Both the position numbers and the translations under genes were made by a program. This document shows positions 29,660 to 41,200 of a stretch of DNA of 64,000 nt, piece by piece. Source of the stretch: Candidatus Delongbacteria bacterium (GTDB taxonomy: Bacteria > CAIWAD01); contig OY760505.1 in assembly GCA_963663545.1 (NCBI GenBank), positions 128,001 to 192,000 of the forward strand, written 5' to 3'. Every line of letters begins with the position of its first letter. Positions within the stretch are counted from its first letter, which is position 1. The notes beneath the pieces are model-generated. The model was not told where the DNA came from. It did no database searches and saw only the letters and a program-made list of their open reading frames with translations.

Positions 29660-31378
29660 TCAAAACCGGGTCAGCAGTCGCAGGTGCAGCATTCCGCGAC
29701 TCAGTTTCGTGCTTTCGCCCAGTGCGTACTGTAGCTCAAGTTGTCCACCGGCCGCCGGCAGTACCAGGGCCACTCCGCGCCCATGAGTTCGCTGATTGGT
29801 CGCCGACGGCGTGTTCCAGATCAGACTGTCCCAAAACACGGCAACACGGCTGCGCGGCCCAAGCAGGTAGCGTAGCTCGAGTTGACCTAACAGCCAGGAC
29901 TCGGCAAACAGCGATTGCTCGCGCCATCCGCGCGGACCAGCAGTGCCGCCCAAAGTAAAAAACTCATCCACGGGTAGAGTGCCGTCCCCACTCAATAGTC
30001 CCCCGCCCAGACTTGGCTGAAGCACTACACGTGGCCTCAGCGGATACCAGAGCTTCAGCCGCATCTGTTGCCGGTTCAGCGTACTTGATTCTCCCAGCGG
30101 AGGCAGGTTTTTGTACTCTTTCGTCTGGCGTTGAATACGCTCCCAGCCCAGCGAAGCCATCCAGCCCAGACGCGGATTTCGCGGATCATCACGTCGATCA
30201 GCCTCGATACCACCTCCCAGAACCAGGCTACTGGAACGGTCCACTCTGCGCATGACGCGCCCATTCAGGCTGTCCGGCAGTACTTCCTGCTGATAAAGGG
30301 ACGCCGACAGACTGAGCCATAACAGCAGGTCATAGTCCAGCTCGATACCCGCCGAGCGTTTCAGCCAAGAACTATCCTGGATCTGCTGCCGCATCTCCAG
30401 CGAGGCCGCCAGCGGTTGCCCGAAGAGAAAGGGCTCACGGTACTTGAACTGCAATTCCTGTGATACACCGTCGGGGCGGCTTCCTAGAAGATTCAGCCGA
30501 CGCCCGGTTCCCAGAATGTTATCCAGGTCGAGTTGCAGATGGAAAGCGAAGCGGCTGCCTTTCTCGTCCGTATCCGGAATCAATCCCGCCATGCCGTCAA
30601 AATGGTAGGCGGGTAGTTCGTCTAGCTCGACCAGGACGAGTTCGCCCTCAGGGCCACGGCACAGAGTAGGCCCCTGCACCTGCTGGAACCAGCCCGTTGC
30701 CAACAGACGGCGATTTGCATCACGCGCTCGCACCGGATCCCAGCGCATGCCCTCCTTGAGACGACTCAGGCGCAGCAGTGTTGACTCACGACTCATCTTC
30801 TGTCCGCGAAAGAGAACGCGCTGCAATAGCACCGGGTCGATGTGACTGAGCTGGAAATCCAGTTCCAGGCTAAGATCCTCGCCTGCGGGCCACAGACGCA
30901 TTTCACGCAGGCTGAGTGTGCTTAGGGCGCGGCCTTCTTGTTCGAGGTGATACAAGATCTCGTCGATTGCCTGCAGGAGCCGCGCTCCGTTTACGGGGCG
31001 TCCCTCACGGAACCAGCGTGATACAGGCGGAAAGTCGACCGGAGCACCGTCGATCTTTACGCGTCCCAGCAGGAGTTGCTTCCCCTCGTCCAGAGTGAGA
31101 GACACGATGCGCAGGGTGTGCTCGGCTGCGCAGACACTGTCCACATGTAAACTGCAGAAAGGATAACCCTCTACGGCGTAGACATCCAGCAGACTGTCTC
31201 CCAGGGCCAACCATTCGGATTGACTCATTGTATCACCGGCATGCAGCAATTCCCGCAGGCGGGATGTGCTGAAGTACTTACTACCCGTGATACGCAGGTC
31301 CGCGTTGACCGTGATACTCGACGCGAAGACCCCGTTCAGGACAATCAACATGAAGACTATGTGATACAGCATGCGCAT
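29660..31378 (-). CDS. Omp85/TamA-like POTRA + beta-barrel protein
   Basis: POTRA-like segments, NILGTGR, LGG..GPRGW, C-terminal F. Confidence 0.8.
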   Translation of the reverse strand: MRMLYHIVFMLIVLNGVFASSITVNADLRITGSKYFSTSRLRELLHAGDTMSQSEWLALGDSLLDVYAVEGYPFCSLHVDSVCAAEHTLRIVSLTLDEGKQLLLGRVKIDGAPVDFPPVSRWFREGRPVNGARLLQAIDEILYHLEQEGRALSTLSLREMRLWPAGEDLSLELDFQLSHIDPVLLQRVLFRGQKMSRESTLLRLSRLKEGMRWDPVRARDANRRLLATGWFQQVQGPTLCRGPEGELVLVELDELPAYHFDGMAGLIPDTDEKGSRFAFHLQLDLDNILGTGRRLNLLGSRPDGVSQELQFKYREPFLFGQPLAASLEMRQQIQDSSWLKRSAGIELDYDLLLWLSLSASLYQQEVLPDSLNGRVMRRVDRSSSLVLGGGIEADRRDDPRNPRLGWMASLGWERIQRQTKEYKNLPPLGESSTLNRQQMRLKLWYPLRPRVVLQPSLGGGLLSGDGTLPVDEFFTLGGTAGPRGWREQSLFAESWLLGQLELRYLLGPRSRVAVFWDSLIWNTPSATNQRTHGRGVALVLPAAGGQLELQYALGESTKLSRGMLHLRLLTRF

Positions 31379-34300
31379 CAGAAGAAAGCCTGTATCTGCG
31401 CCCGTGCCGTGTGAATGGCGGGGCGGTCCGGGAGTTGATTCATACGCCAGGAAAGAGTCAGTCGCGATTGTCTGCCAAGTTGAAAACTCCCCTCAAGTCC
31501 CGTGCGCAACGTGCGCCCCACGCGCCCTCCGCTTAACAGCTCATAGGGCAGTACATCTTCATCGGACCAGACCTGCTGCAAACTACAGTCGGCACGCAGT
31601 GTACCCCTTTCTCCCGGACGCCACTCCAGCACGGGGTGCAAGGTGGCGCGTCGTCCTCGCTGTTGCTGGTTTTCCTCGATGCCCTGTTCCAGATCCAGAT
31701 CCGTGCGCAGGCTTAGGCTCTTGGTCAGCTCGCGATCCCATTGGGTGCTGATCATCCAGGCGCGCACCCGGCGGTCGGATTCCGGATAAGCCGGGTAGGT
31801 TTTGCGCTGCACGCGCAGGCTAAGTTCGAGTGAGTAACGATTGGCACCGTGCCGCCAACGGGCGCGCAGTGCACTTTTACGCAGCAGACCCCGCAGTGGA
31901 TTCACTAGCTGAAGCTGATCCAGGCTGTGCTGTTCTTCGTAGCGCAGGCGCCAACTCAGGCTTTTCTCACCACCGGGACGCCATTCTAGATCCTGCCCAA
32001 AGTCGATTTCACCGCTGCGCGTGCTATCTCCAAGCAAGGCAGCGGGTTGCAGCATGTAGAGCCGATGCACATCTTCGAGCGTGCTGGTTTCCTCGATCGT
32101 CACACGTGTATCCGTCAGCAGATCTGGCACGGGCTCGGCGCGTATCACGGCATCTAGACTCACGCCTGCAACACGCGTCTGCCTGCCTGTGCTGGTGGTA
32201 AGCGCGATGTAGTTGCCGTCGCTGTCGGGTACAAAAACCTCGGGATTGAAAGGATCCCGGCTATAATCGCCCTGCAGCGAATCGGTCTCGATGTACTGTG
32301 TGATACGTTCTTGGACCAGCCGATTGTCTGCGCCGTAGGAAAGACTCCAGCTCACAAGATCACTACGCGAGCGCAACTCGAGCAGGGCCACATCGCGGAC
32401 AGTATTGCTGCTGTCGGCATTCGTGTAGCGACGTACGCGATGACTCCAGTCGAGCTCACCCGAAATGGGGCCCGACACCTCCATGCGCAGACGGCTTTGG
32501 TCGATGGTCACATCACGCGCCCATTCCCCTTCTTCCATCGCAAAACGACCGCGATGCGTATGTGATACATCGGCGTGCAGCCAGTTGAGCAGCTGACGAC
32601 CTGCCGCAGCGCCGTATTGGGCAAAGCGTTCTCCACTCCGCAAACCGCTCGTATAATGAGTATCAAGACGTTCGGCCAGATAACTGGATTGTATCACGGC
32701 GCGATGAAAATCCCATCCCAGCACAAGATCCTGTGTATGAAATCCCTGTTCCTGTGTACTGGAGCTGAGCTTGCGCCACGAACCCGTCGCCGTCATCCAC
32801 GGCCCTAGCCCCGGACGTAGGCTCAACGAAGGTGCCAGGCGTCGACTTTTTGTATCACCGCGTTCAAGCTGCGTAAGGGCAAACTGCGCTTTCATACTAT
32901 CTGAGCGCACTAGGCTTGTGCTCAAGTCTATGCGATCAAGCGCTTCACTACCCGATCGCGCCAACCCCCATTCCCGTTCGAACTCAACTTCGTCGGTGGC
33001 ACTCAGTGTGCGAAAATCGGCGGCTTCACGGGTCAGCCGGGCACGAGCGCCCGGGCGTCCCAGGTTGTGTTCGCCCAGTTCAAGCCGATTACCCTGCCAG
33101 CCGAAAGCGCTACGCAGGGCCACGCCCACGTTGTCTTCGTCCTCCAGTCCCGAGAGCAGGTTCAGGTCGCGATTGGAAACAGCCCCCTCTAGATCCAGGC
33201 TGAATTGCCCGAGATCAGCGTGATACACGGCATCGTACTGTTCCAACGCGGTGGGTGCTACAAGCTCGATGACCGGCGCCCAGACGCCCTGACCCTCACC
33301 CGCGAACTGGAACCAAGCATTTCCGCTGCTCGTGAAGTTGCGACTGTAGTCGCCGCGCATCAATCCCTGACTATCGTAGCCCAGTTCGGTGAAGCGCAGC
33401 TCGTAAATGAATTCTTCCGCCAAGCTATCGGGGACATCCTCGGCATATTCGTATTCACCCCATTGGCCGAGATCAGCGTTGATCAGGCGGTAATGCCCCT
33501 CACCCGGGTCAACTTCGCGCACACCGCTTCCGTAGGCCACATCGATAGAGTCGCCCACGCTTGCCAGAAGGGTGCGATCCTCGTCATCGAGAAAGCTGTC
33601 CAGCGGATCGTCCGGGTCGTCGCGCTCGCTGACCACCGCCAAGCGCAATTCCTGATTGGGTGTGGGCGTGAACCAGGCTTCTGCGCCCGTCAGCGTTCGA
33701 GCATAAATGCGCTCGCTGTACTGGTACTCCACCGCAATTCGGCTCTCTGCACTAATGGGGCGCCGCGCAGTAAAGGTCAGCTGTCCCAGCGAGTAATCCA
33801 TGATGTAGTCGCCGTTTTGTCCACGCGAAAGCGACTGACCGTCAAGCCAGACGCGCTCGCTGCCCGCCAGTACGACAATCAGATCGCTACCCTGCTCGCT
33901 CAGAAGCTGCCATGGGCCTTGAACGCCTTCGCTGCCGTTGAATTCCATGCGATGGTAACGACCGCGGGCTCCCGCCAGATGCACCCGAGCTCCGCCGTAG
34001 CGCGTACTGCGCCAGCCCGCCTGCACTCCATCGACGGTGCGCGCGTAGCGCAAATAGTCACCGCTGTTCAGGTCCAGGTCAAAATCGCCAAGAGTGGCCT
34101 CCCAGTGCGGACTGCGCAGCTTGATGTGAATGCGGTCGACCTCTTCGAGCGATTGACTGCGGCCCTCGGCCTGCACGGGCAGGTTACTGTCGCTCAGGAA
34201 GGCTTCCACGTCCACATCGCGGCCAACACAGCCCTCCACCTTCAAGCGCAATCCGGATTCCATTCCCACATCGCCACCACTGCCGATGCTGATGCCGCGC

Positions 34301-34749
34301 AGAAAGCTTCCGCTTGTGCGCAGACGACCGTATTCGCTATTGGTGGCAATAGCGCCTTGAACAGGAGCTTGTCGTGCGCTATCGCTGGCCAGAGTGTCGG
34401 CGCCGATCCAGGGCAGACGTGGGTATTGTTGATACTCGCCACGTAGATCCAGCCGTAGCTGACGCCAGCTAAGCTGCAATGGACTACCGAATAGTGTGGA
34501 CGTGTAGAGGCGCACGATCCCGTCAACCTCGTCCAGGCTATAATCGCGCCCCTCGATGAGTTGCCGCCCGCTTTCGCTCAGAATGAAACTGCCCGGCTCG
34601 ATGGGAACCGCCTCCACCCGCAATTCCGGTGCGCCCAACAGAATCAGCTGGTGTTCGTTGTTCAGGCTCAAAGAATCCAGCACGCTTTGCGCACAAAGGA
34701 AGGGCGCAAGGAGCACGAGCAAGAAAAGCGACAGCGCCGGCAATCTCAC
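31378..34749 (-). CDS. Large outer-membrane beta-barrel hypothetical protein
   Basis: Signal peptide after the GTG overlapping the upstream stop; SGSFLRGI, VLAGSERVWLDG..RG..DYIMDY..GQLTFT; ends AQIQAFF. Confidence 0.75.
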   Translation of the reverse strand: MRLPALSLFLLVLLAPFLCAQSVLDSLSLNNEHQLILLGAPELRVEAVPIEPGSFILSESGRQLIEGRDYSLDEVDGIVRLYTSTLFGSPLQLSWRQLRLDLRGEYQQYPRLPWIGADTLASDSARQAPVQGAIATNSEYGRLRTSGSFLRGISIGSGGDVGMESGLRLKVEGCVGRDVDVEAFLSDSNLPVQAEGRSQSLEEVDRIHIKLRSPHWEATLGDFDLDLNSGDYLRYARTVDGVQAGWRSTRYGGARVHLAGARGRYHRMEFNGSEGVQGPWQLLSEQGSDLIVVLAGSERVWLDGQSLSRGQNGDYIMDYSLGQLTFTARRPISAESRIAVEYQYSERIYARTLTGAEAWFTPTPNQELRLAVVSERDDPDDPLDSFLDDEDRTLLASVGDSIDVAYGSGVREVDPGEGHYRLINADLGQWGEYEYAEDVPDSLAEEFIYELRFTELGYDSQGLMRGDYSRNFTSSGNAWFQFAGEGQGVWAPVIELVAPTALEQYDAVYHADLGQFSLDLEGAVSNRDLNLLSGLEDEDNVGVALRSAFGWQGNRLELGEHNLGRPGARARLTREAADFRTLSATDEVEFEREWGLARSGSEALDRIDLSTSLVRSDSMKAQFALTQLERGDTKSRRLAPSLSLRPGLGPWMTATGSWRKLSSSTQEQGFHTQDLVLGWDFHRAVIQSSYLAERLDTHYTSGLRSGERFAQYGAAAGRQLLNWLHADVSHTHRGRFAMEEGEWARDVTIDQSRLRMEVSGPISGELDWSHRVRRYTNADSSNTVRDVALLELRSRSDLVSWSLSYGADNRLVQERITQYIETDSLQGDYSRDPFNPEVFVPDSDGNYIALTTSTGRQTRVAGVSLDAVIRAEPVPDLLTDTRVTIEETSTLEDVHRLYMLQPAALLGDSTRSGEIDFGQDLEWRPGGEKSLSWRLRYEEQHSLDQLQLVNPLRGLLRKSALRARWRHGANRYSLELSLRVQRKTYPAYPESDRRVRAWMISTQWDRELTKSLSLRTDLDLEQGIEENQQQRGRRATLHPVLEWRPGERGTLRADCSLQQVWSDEDVLPYELLSGGRVGRTLRTGLEGSFQLGRQSRLTLSWRMNQLPDRPAIHTARAQIQAFF

Positions 34750-35660
34750 GGGTGAACTTGCTCCTGGGAATCGGTGTGGGTTTTTGGACTGGGCACCAAT
34801 CGTGGCTCTTCTCCATGCAGCACCAGCAACAAACCGCCCGGCAAGAGCAGAAAATCGCGCACCTGCGCCTTCGGGGAGGGACACGTGTAGCACACGGGAA
34901 GCTCGCTACAAGTAACAGGCAAGCCATCGGCAAGCAGGGCACCCTCGAGCCGATGCAGGCGGAGGCTATCCGTAGACTGAACGGCGAACAGCAAACTGCG
35001 GTTATCCAGGCTGCGATGAACACTACTGAGGTAGGGCCAAGCGCGTGTTTGTCGTCGGGCGGCGTCGCAGCTCGTCAGGGCAAGTTCAGCATCCTGTCCC
35101 TTTCCGCGCACCAAAAGCACCGTCTCGCCCAGGCATTCCAGTGCCCTCAAGCGGCCCGCGAAATCGGCATCGCGACTATCCCAGAGTGGGCGCCACTGAT
35201 CGAGATTATCCAGTAACAACACACCCCCGCGGCGACGATCCGCCAACACCAGCAGTCGCGTATCCGAAAGTGCCAATAGATCCGCCCCTAGAAAGTCGGG
35301 GCTAAGGGATGCGGGCCAGCGTACTTCGCCCTGAAGTGTCAGATGTGCGTCCAACCGACAAACGCGGTCGTTGTCGCGGTCCGCCAGTAGTGTCGCTACG
35401 CCCAATCGTGCGTCGGCCTCGCTCGGACTGCGGTAGCCTTCGCGCGAGCCACTGCCTCCGCTGCGCGACAGGATCTTAGCCTCATAGGAAAGCACCAGGA
35501 TCTCATCGCTCTGGGCACTGATTGCCAGAATGCGATTGCCAGCAATTGCCTCAACGGAATAGAGTTCAGGCAGCTCAGCGCCACGCGCTGGCATCAAGCA
35601 GACAAGGAGTGCAAGAAACAAGTACAGAACGGGCATCGCGAGGTTCTCCTGGTGAACCAA
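34746..35660 (-). CDS. Exported hypothetical protein (possible beta-propeller)
   Basis: Signal-peptide-like N-terminus; LADRDNDRV/VLADRRRG repeats; start uncertain. Confidence 0.55.
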   Translation of the reverse strand: MVHQENLAMPVLYLFLALLVCLMPARGAELPELYSVEAIAGNRILAISAQSDEILVLSYEAKILSRSGGSGSREGYRSPSEADARLGVATLLADRDNDRVCRLDAHLTLQGEVRWPASLSPDFLGADLLALSDTRLLVLADRRRGGVLLLDNLDQWRPLWDSRDADFAGRLRALECLGETVLLVRGKGQDAELALTSCDAARRQTRAWPYLSSVHRSLDNRSLLFAVQSTDSLRLHRLEGALLADGLPVTCSELPVCYTCPSPKAQVRDFLLLPGGLLLVLHGEEPRLVPSPKTHTDSQEQVHP

Positions 35661-35797
35661 AGTACCAGACTGGATTCAGCAGCGCCAGCGTAGTGTTACG
35701 CAGCAGGATAAAGCTGTAGAAAATACGACGGGAAATGCAGGAAGCCGGGACGAACCCTTGCGAATCATTCCTCATTCGCTAAATTCAGGGCTCTTGT

Positions 35798-35870
35798 GGG
35801 GCTGTAGCTCAGTTGGGAGAGCGAAGCGTTCGCAATGCTTAGGTCGGGAGTTCGAGCCTCCTCAGCTCCA
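35798..35870 (+). tRNA. tRNA-Ala (CGC)
   Basis: GGGGCTG...CAGCTCC-A acceptor stem with G3:U70; anticodon arm AAGCG-TTCGCAA-TGCTT; CCA not encoded. Confidence 0.95.
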
Positions 35871-35872
35871 CT

Positions 35873-35907
35873 ACAATGTCCGTTAGCGCGGACATTGTTG
35901 CTTTTTG
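35873..35907 (+). terminator. Intrinsic terminator after tRNA-Ala
   Basis: ACAATGTCCG-TTAGCG-CGGACATTGT followed by a T-rich tail. Confidence 0.75.
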
Positions 35908-36000
35908 CAGGCCCCGCCACGGGGAAACAGCTTTCTGATTCGATATCACCACGTTATATTCTGCATTCCTGACGAACCGCACTAACACCTGGAGTCGCGC

Positions 36001-38187
36001 ATGGATGCCTACGCCCTGCTCTGCGAAAATCGCCACCACGACCCATATGAGTTTCTTGGCCAGCACCCCCTGGACGAGGGATGGGTACTGCGCGTCTGGG
36101 CTCCCGAATGCCGTAGCGTCGCGCTGCTGCAAAAGGCGCGAGGTGGCAAGCTCAAAGCACTGGATCTCGCTGCCGACAAATCGCGTCCCGGTCTTTTTGA
36201 GATCCAGTTGGAGGCCCGTCTGGAGCCACGCGACGCGCACTTGCGCTACACGGCGCACACGGGCGACAGTTGGGAAGCCATTACGCCTTACATCTTCGAT
36301 CCGCTATTGGGCGACCTTGATCTGCATTTGATTGGCGAGGGCCGCCATCTGCGTCTCTGGGAAATCCTGGGTGCGCACCATGTATCGCATCAAGGAGTCG
36401 AAGGCGTGCGTTTTGCCGTTTGGGCGCCTACGGCCAATGGCGTGAGCGTGGTTGGTGAATTCAATCACTGGAACGGCCGCCGACATCCCATGCGCGCGCG
36501 CGGTGCCAGCGGCGTATGGGAGCTCTTCTATCCCGGCCTTTGCCCCGGCGATCTCTACCGTTTTGAGATTCATGGCGCCGACAGCCAGATTCACATCAAG
36601 AGCGATCCCATGGCGCGCTGTTCGGAGCTGCGTCCCAGCAACGCATCCCGCGTGGCTGCCAAACGCCAACACCAGTGGAAGGATGACGAATGGATCACTC
36701 GTCGACGCAGCAGTGATCCGCTGAATCGCCCCATCTCCATTTATGAAGTGCACATGGGAAGCTGGCGCCACCCCTGGGATGGCCGCAGCTTTCACAATTA
36801 CCGCGAGCTGGGCGGCATGCTGGTGGAGTATTTGCGCGAGATGAATTTCACCCATGTAGAGCTGATGCCGGTGATGGAACATCCGCTAGATGCCTCCTGG
36901 GGATATCAGGTCACGGGTTACTTCTGCCCCACTAGTCGCTACGGCAGCGCCGATGATCTGCGTGCTATGGTGGATGAGCTGCACCAGGCGGGATTTGGTG
37001 TGATCCTGGATTGGGTCCCCGCGCATTTTCCAAAGGACGCACATGGCCTGCGCCGCTTCGATGGTAGCCCGCTGTACGAGCACGCCGATCCGCGACAGGG
37101 CGAGCACCCGGACTGGGGTACGATGGTCTTCAACTTCGGCCGCAATGAGGTGCGCAATTTCCTCATCTCAAATGCCTTGTATTGGGTTGAGGAATTTCAC
37201 ATTGACGGTCTACGCGTCGACGCCGTTGCCTCCATGCTCTACCTCGACTACAGCCGCAAGGAGGGCGAGTGGGTGTCCAACCGCTTTGGCGGCCGCGAAA
37301 ACCTGGAAGCCATTGAGTTTCTGCGCGAATACAACAGCACGCTCTTTCGCGAACACCCGGGCATACTCTCCATCGCCGAAGAAAGCACCTCCTGGCCCGG
37401 TGTATCACGCCCCGTCCATCTGGGCGGCCTGGGCTTCAACTACAAGTGGAACATGGGCTGGATGAACGACACCCTGTCCTACATGCAGAAGGACCCGGTG
37501 CATCGTCGTTTTCACCACAATCTGCTGAGCTTCTCAATGGTCTACGCCTGGACGGAAAATTTCCATCTGGTTTTGAGCCACGACGAAGTGGTACACGGCA
37601 AGGGCAGCCTGCTGAGTAAAATGCCCGGCGACGAGTGGCAGCGATTCGCCAACCTGCGTCTGCTCTACGGCTGGATGTGGGCGCACCCGGGCCGGAAGCT
37701 GCTGTTCATGGGCGGCGAGCTGGCCCAGTGGCAGGAATGGCAGGACGAGGGTGAGCTGAACTGGAGCCTCCTGCAGAGTGAACCGCACGCGGGTGTGCAA
37801 AACCTGGTGCGGGATCTGAACCGTCTCATGCAGCAAGAGGCATCTCTGTGGCAATGCGACCTGAGTCCCGAAGGCTTCCGCTGGATCAATGTGCACGACG
37901 CAGAGAACAGCACCTTTGCCTTTGTGCGCATGGCCGGGGATCCGGCAGATCATCTGGTGGTGGTGGCCAACTTCACTCCTGTTCCTCGCACAACTCGCTA
38001 CATCGGCGTTCCCCACGAGGGCGCCTACGACGAGGTTTTGAACACCGACGCTGCAGTTTACGGTGGCAGCAATCTGGGCAACGGCGGACGGGTGTGGGCG
38101 GAGCGCACGGCCTGGGACGGTTTCCCCTGCAGGCTGTGTATCACACTTCCTCCGTTGGCGATGCTCATTTTTAAACCGGGACACTAG
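36001..38187 (+). CDS. glgB: 1,4-alpha-glucan branching enzyme
   Basis: IYEVHMGSW, WGYQ, DWVPAHF, GLRVDAVASM, AEEST, SHDEVVHGK. Confidence 0.98.
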   Translation: MDAYALLCENRHHDPYEFLGQHPLDEGWVLRVWAPECRSVALLQKARGGKLKALDLAADKSRPGLFEIQLEARLEPRDAHLRYTAHTGDSWEAITPYIFDPLLGDLDLHLIGEGRHLRLWEILGAHHVSHQGVEGVRFAVWAPTANGVSVVGEFNHWNGRRHPMRARGASGVWELFYPGLCPGDLYRFEIHGADSQIHIKSDPMARCSELRPSNASRVAAKRQHQWKDDEWITRRRSSDPLNRPISIYEVHMGSWRHPWDGRSFHNYRELGGMLVEYLREMNFTHVELMPVMEHPLDASWGYQVTGYFCPTSRYGSADDLRAMVDELHQAGFGVILDWVPAHFPKDAHGLRRFDGSPLYEHADPRQGEHPDWGTMVFNFGRNEVRNFLISNALYWVEEFHIDGLRVDAVASMLYLDYSRKEGEWVSNRFGGRENLEAIEFLREYNSTLFREHPGILSIAEESTSWPGVSRPVHLGGLGFNYKWNMGWMNDTLSYMQKDPVHRRFHHNLLSFSMVYAWTENFHLVLSHDEVVHGKGSLLSKMPGDEWQRFANLRLLYGWMWAHPGRKLLFMGGELAQWQEWQDEGELNWSLLQSEPHAGVQNLVRDLNRLMQQEASLWQCDLSPEGFRWINVHDAENSTFAFVRMAGDPADHLVVVANFTPVPRTTRYIGVPHEGAYDEVLNTDAAVYGGSNLGNGGRVWAERTAWDGFPCRLCITLPPLAMLIFKPGH

Positions 38188-38209
38188 TTTGCTGAAGTGG
38201 CGCAGAGAT

Positions 38210-41200
38210 GTGGCGCGCGTTCGCCCGCCCCTGCTGCCGGCGGTACTTTTCTGCTTGCTGGCACTGACAGGCGTACTGCGCGCCTCCACCGAAGCCGTGC
38301 TGGTGCTGCACTCCTATTATCCCGACTACGTCTGGACCCAACAGCTCAACAAGGGCATCAGTGACATCCTGAATGCGCGAGCCAATCTTGAGCTTTACTA
38401 CGAATACCTGGACTCGCGCCGTCGCTCTGATGACGAACTGAAGCGCGACTACTACAACCTGCTACAGCGCAAGTACAGCAACGTGCAGCTCAAAGCAATC
38501 ATTGCCTGTGATAACTCTGCACTGGCTTTTCTGAAACGCTACCCCGATCTCTTGCCCGGCGTGCCACTCGTTTTCTGTGGCATCAACAATTACAGAGCAG
38601 AACTACTGGCCGACGACCGCCCGAGTACAGGAACGGCAGAAGTGCTGAAGATCCGCGAAACGGTGGAGCTTGCCCTTTCCCTTCACACTGGATGCAAGCG
38701 TGTGATTCTGATCAGCGATCACCACGTACTGACGGCGCAGCTCACCGAAGAAGAGGCGCGCAAACAGCTCGCTCCGTTGGCGGATCGTATCACGCTGGAA
38801 CAGGTGCCCGATCTCCCCTTTCCTGCCATGTTGCGTTGGCTGCAGAAGCAGTCGACAGAGGATACCATTGCACTGATGCTGCTCTACAGCAAGGATAGTG
38901 ACGGACGTAACCTGCCCGTCATTTTTGCAATGGACCGTATCCGCGAGGCTTGCCCTGTGCCGATCTACGCGGTTTGGGATTTCTATCTGGGCCATGGACC
39001 GGTTGGCGGAGTGATGCTTAGCGGCTATGAAACGGGACGCGACGCTGGCCGGCGCACATTGAATCTGCTCCTCGGGCGTGATACATCCACCATGCCCATC
39101 GATACACTGGAGGCCAGCCATCTCTGTTTCGACTGGGAAACTCTGCAAGCCTTGAATATCCCACCCCATCTGCTGCCGCCACAGGCGCACATCGAAGGAC
39201 GCCCGCGCAGCCTGGCTGAGCGTTTGGGGATCTGGTATTACATCCTGCTTGGTGTGCTGGCCCTTGAGACCCTGCTGGTTACGGCTCTGATCAGCATGAC
39301 TCTGCAACGTAGACGCACCATGGCGGGATTGCAACTGAGGCAGTTCATCGTCGATCAGGCAGACTTCCCCATTCTGGTCGTCGATCGCTACGGGCGCATC
39401 CAGTTCATCAATCACAGCGCCTGCCAAGTTCTGGGCTATCTGCGCGATCAACTACTGGACAAGCACATCAGCCTTGTGTCGCCAGAAGTCGACTTCTCGC
39501 CGGAACGCTTCCCCACCACCTATGAAGAGACCGTCAGCCATAGTGAAGTGGGGCGCACCACCTTCCTGCGAAACCGCCAAGGGCGCGATCTGCGCTATCG
39601 CCTGAGAATGGCGCCCATCAAACGCGGTTCCGAAACCCTATGCTCCATAACCGCCATCGACCAGCGTGACCTGCAGCGTCAACTGGAAGTGCTGCAATAC
39701 GCGTTGAAGCACGCCGAGCTGGGCATCATGCTCTGTCACAAAGACGGCAGCATTTTCTACGCCAATGATATGCTCTGCACTCTCACCGGTCGCGATCGAG
39801 AAGAGCTTCTGCACCAACAAGTCAGCCAGCTGGATCCCCGCATCAGCGAAGGCTGGGTAGATCGCCAGTGGAAGCATCTGCGTCGCCAAGGCGTGTTACG
39901 CATGCAGATGAAGCGCAACGTGCCGCAACCCGGCAAGGGCCGCTGCGAATTGTGGCTCGAAATCACCATCAATTACGTGCAGATGGAAGAGTCGGAGTTT
40001 GCCTGTGTGTTCTTGCGCGACGAAAGCGCAAGCAAAGCGAGCGAACAAAGTCTGCGTTTACTGGCCGCCAAGAAAAGTCGTATTCAACGGGCTGCGCGCC
40101 TGGGTGATTTCACAATTGACATGGAAAAGCGCATGGCGACTCTTTCCGAGGTCGCCGCCGAGCTCTTCGGCTTTGAGGACAAGCCCGGAACTTACCCGCT
40201 GGAGGAATTGACACGGCGCGTCCATCCGGCAGACCTCGAAATGATCCAGCAATTCTTGTCGCTGCCACGCGAAGAGGGTGTACTGGAAATTCCGCCGCAC
40301 CGCGTGTTCAGCGCCACGCAAGGCGAGGTCTGGCTGCGAATGCGTGGACGTATCTGCCGCGACGCTGCAGGTAAAATAGTCTCTGTCGAGGGCAGCCTGC
40401 AGGACATCACGGCGCAGATTCTCACGGAACAGGATCTGCGCAGACAGCACGATTTCTGTGTTTCACTGGTCGAGACACTGCCTCTGGGGGTCAGCGTGAA
40501 GGACTTGCGCCGCGATCTGGCCTATACTGTTTGGAACGCGGAAATGGCGCGTATCACGGGCAGAAGCGCAGGCCAGGTACTGGGCCGCAAAGACGAGGAG
40601 CTGCATAGCGAGGTCCTGGCCCGACGTATGCGACGCGAGGATTTGCGGCTGCTGGAAGCGGGTAACGCAAAGACCGAACGTACTCTTGACCTGTCGACAG
40701 AGAAGGGAACCCGCATCGTTCATCGCACGCGCATTCCGCTGCTGGATGCGCAGGGTGTTCCCACGGCGCTGATCACGCTTCTACAGGATGTCAGCGAACA
40801 GGTGACACAGGAGCGGGCGGAACGTGGCAGCGAAAAGATGCGCGCCCTGGAACAGCTCGCCAGCGGTGTATCACGCAACGGTGGTGAGCAGTTCAAGGCC
40901 ATTCTTGGCTACGCCACGCTCCTGGAAGAGGAGCTGACGGAGCAGCGTATGCGCGATTACGCCAGTGCCATTGTTCATGCCTCGCAACAGGGTGCCGATT
41001 TCACGCGTCTATTACAGGCCTTTGCCCTGGATGCAAAACGCATGCAGGTTCACGTGGACATGCACCGACTCCTGCACGATACTCTGCGCACTTTTAGCGA
41101 GGAGTTGCGTCCCGGTATTGTGCTACAGCAGTTTCTCAAGGCCGAGGACGCACGCATTCTTGGAGATCCGGATCAGCTGCAGCTGGTATTGCAAAGCCTG

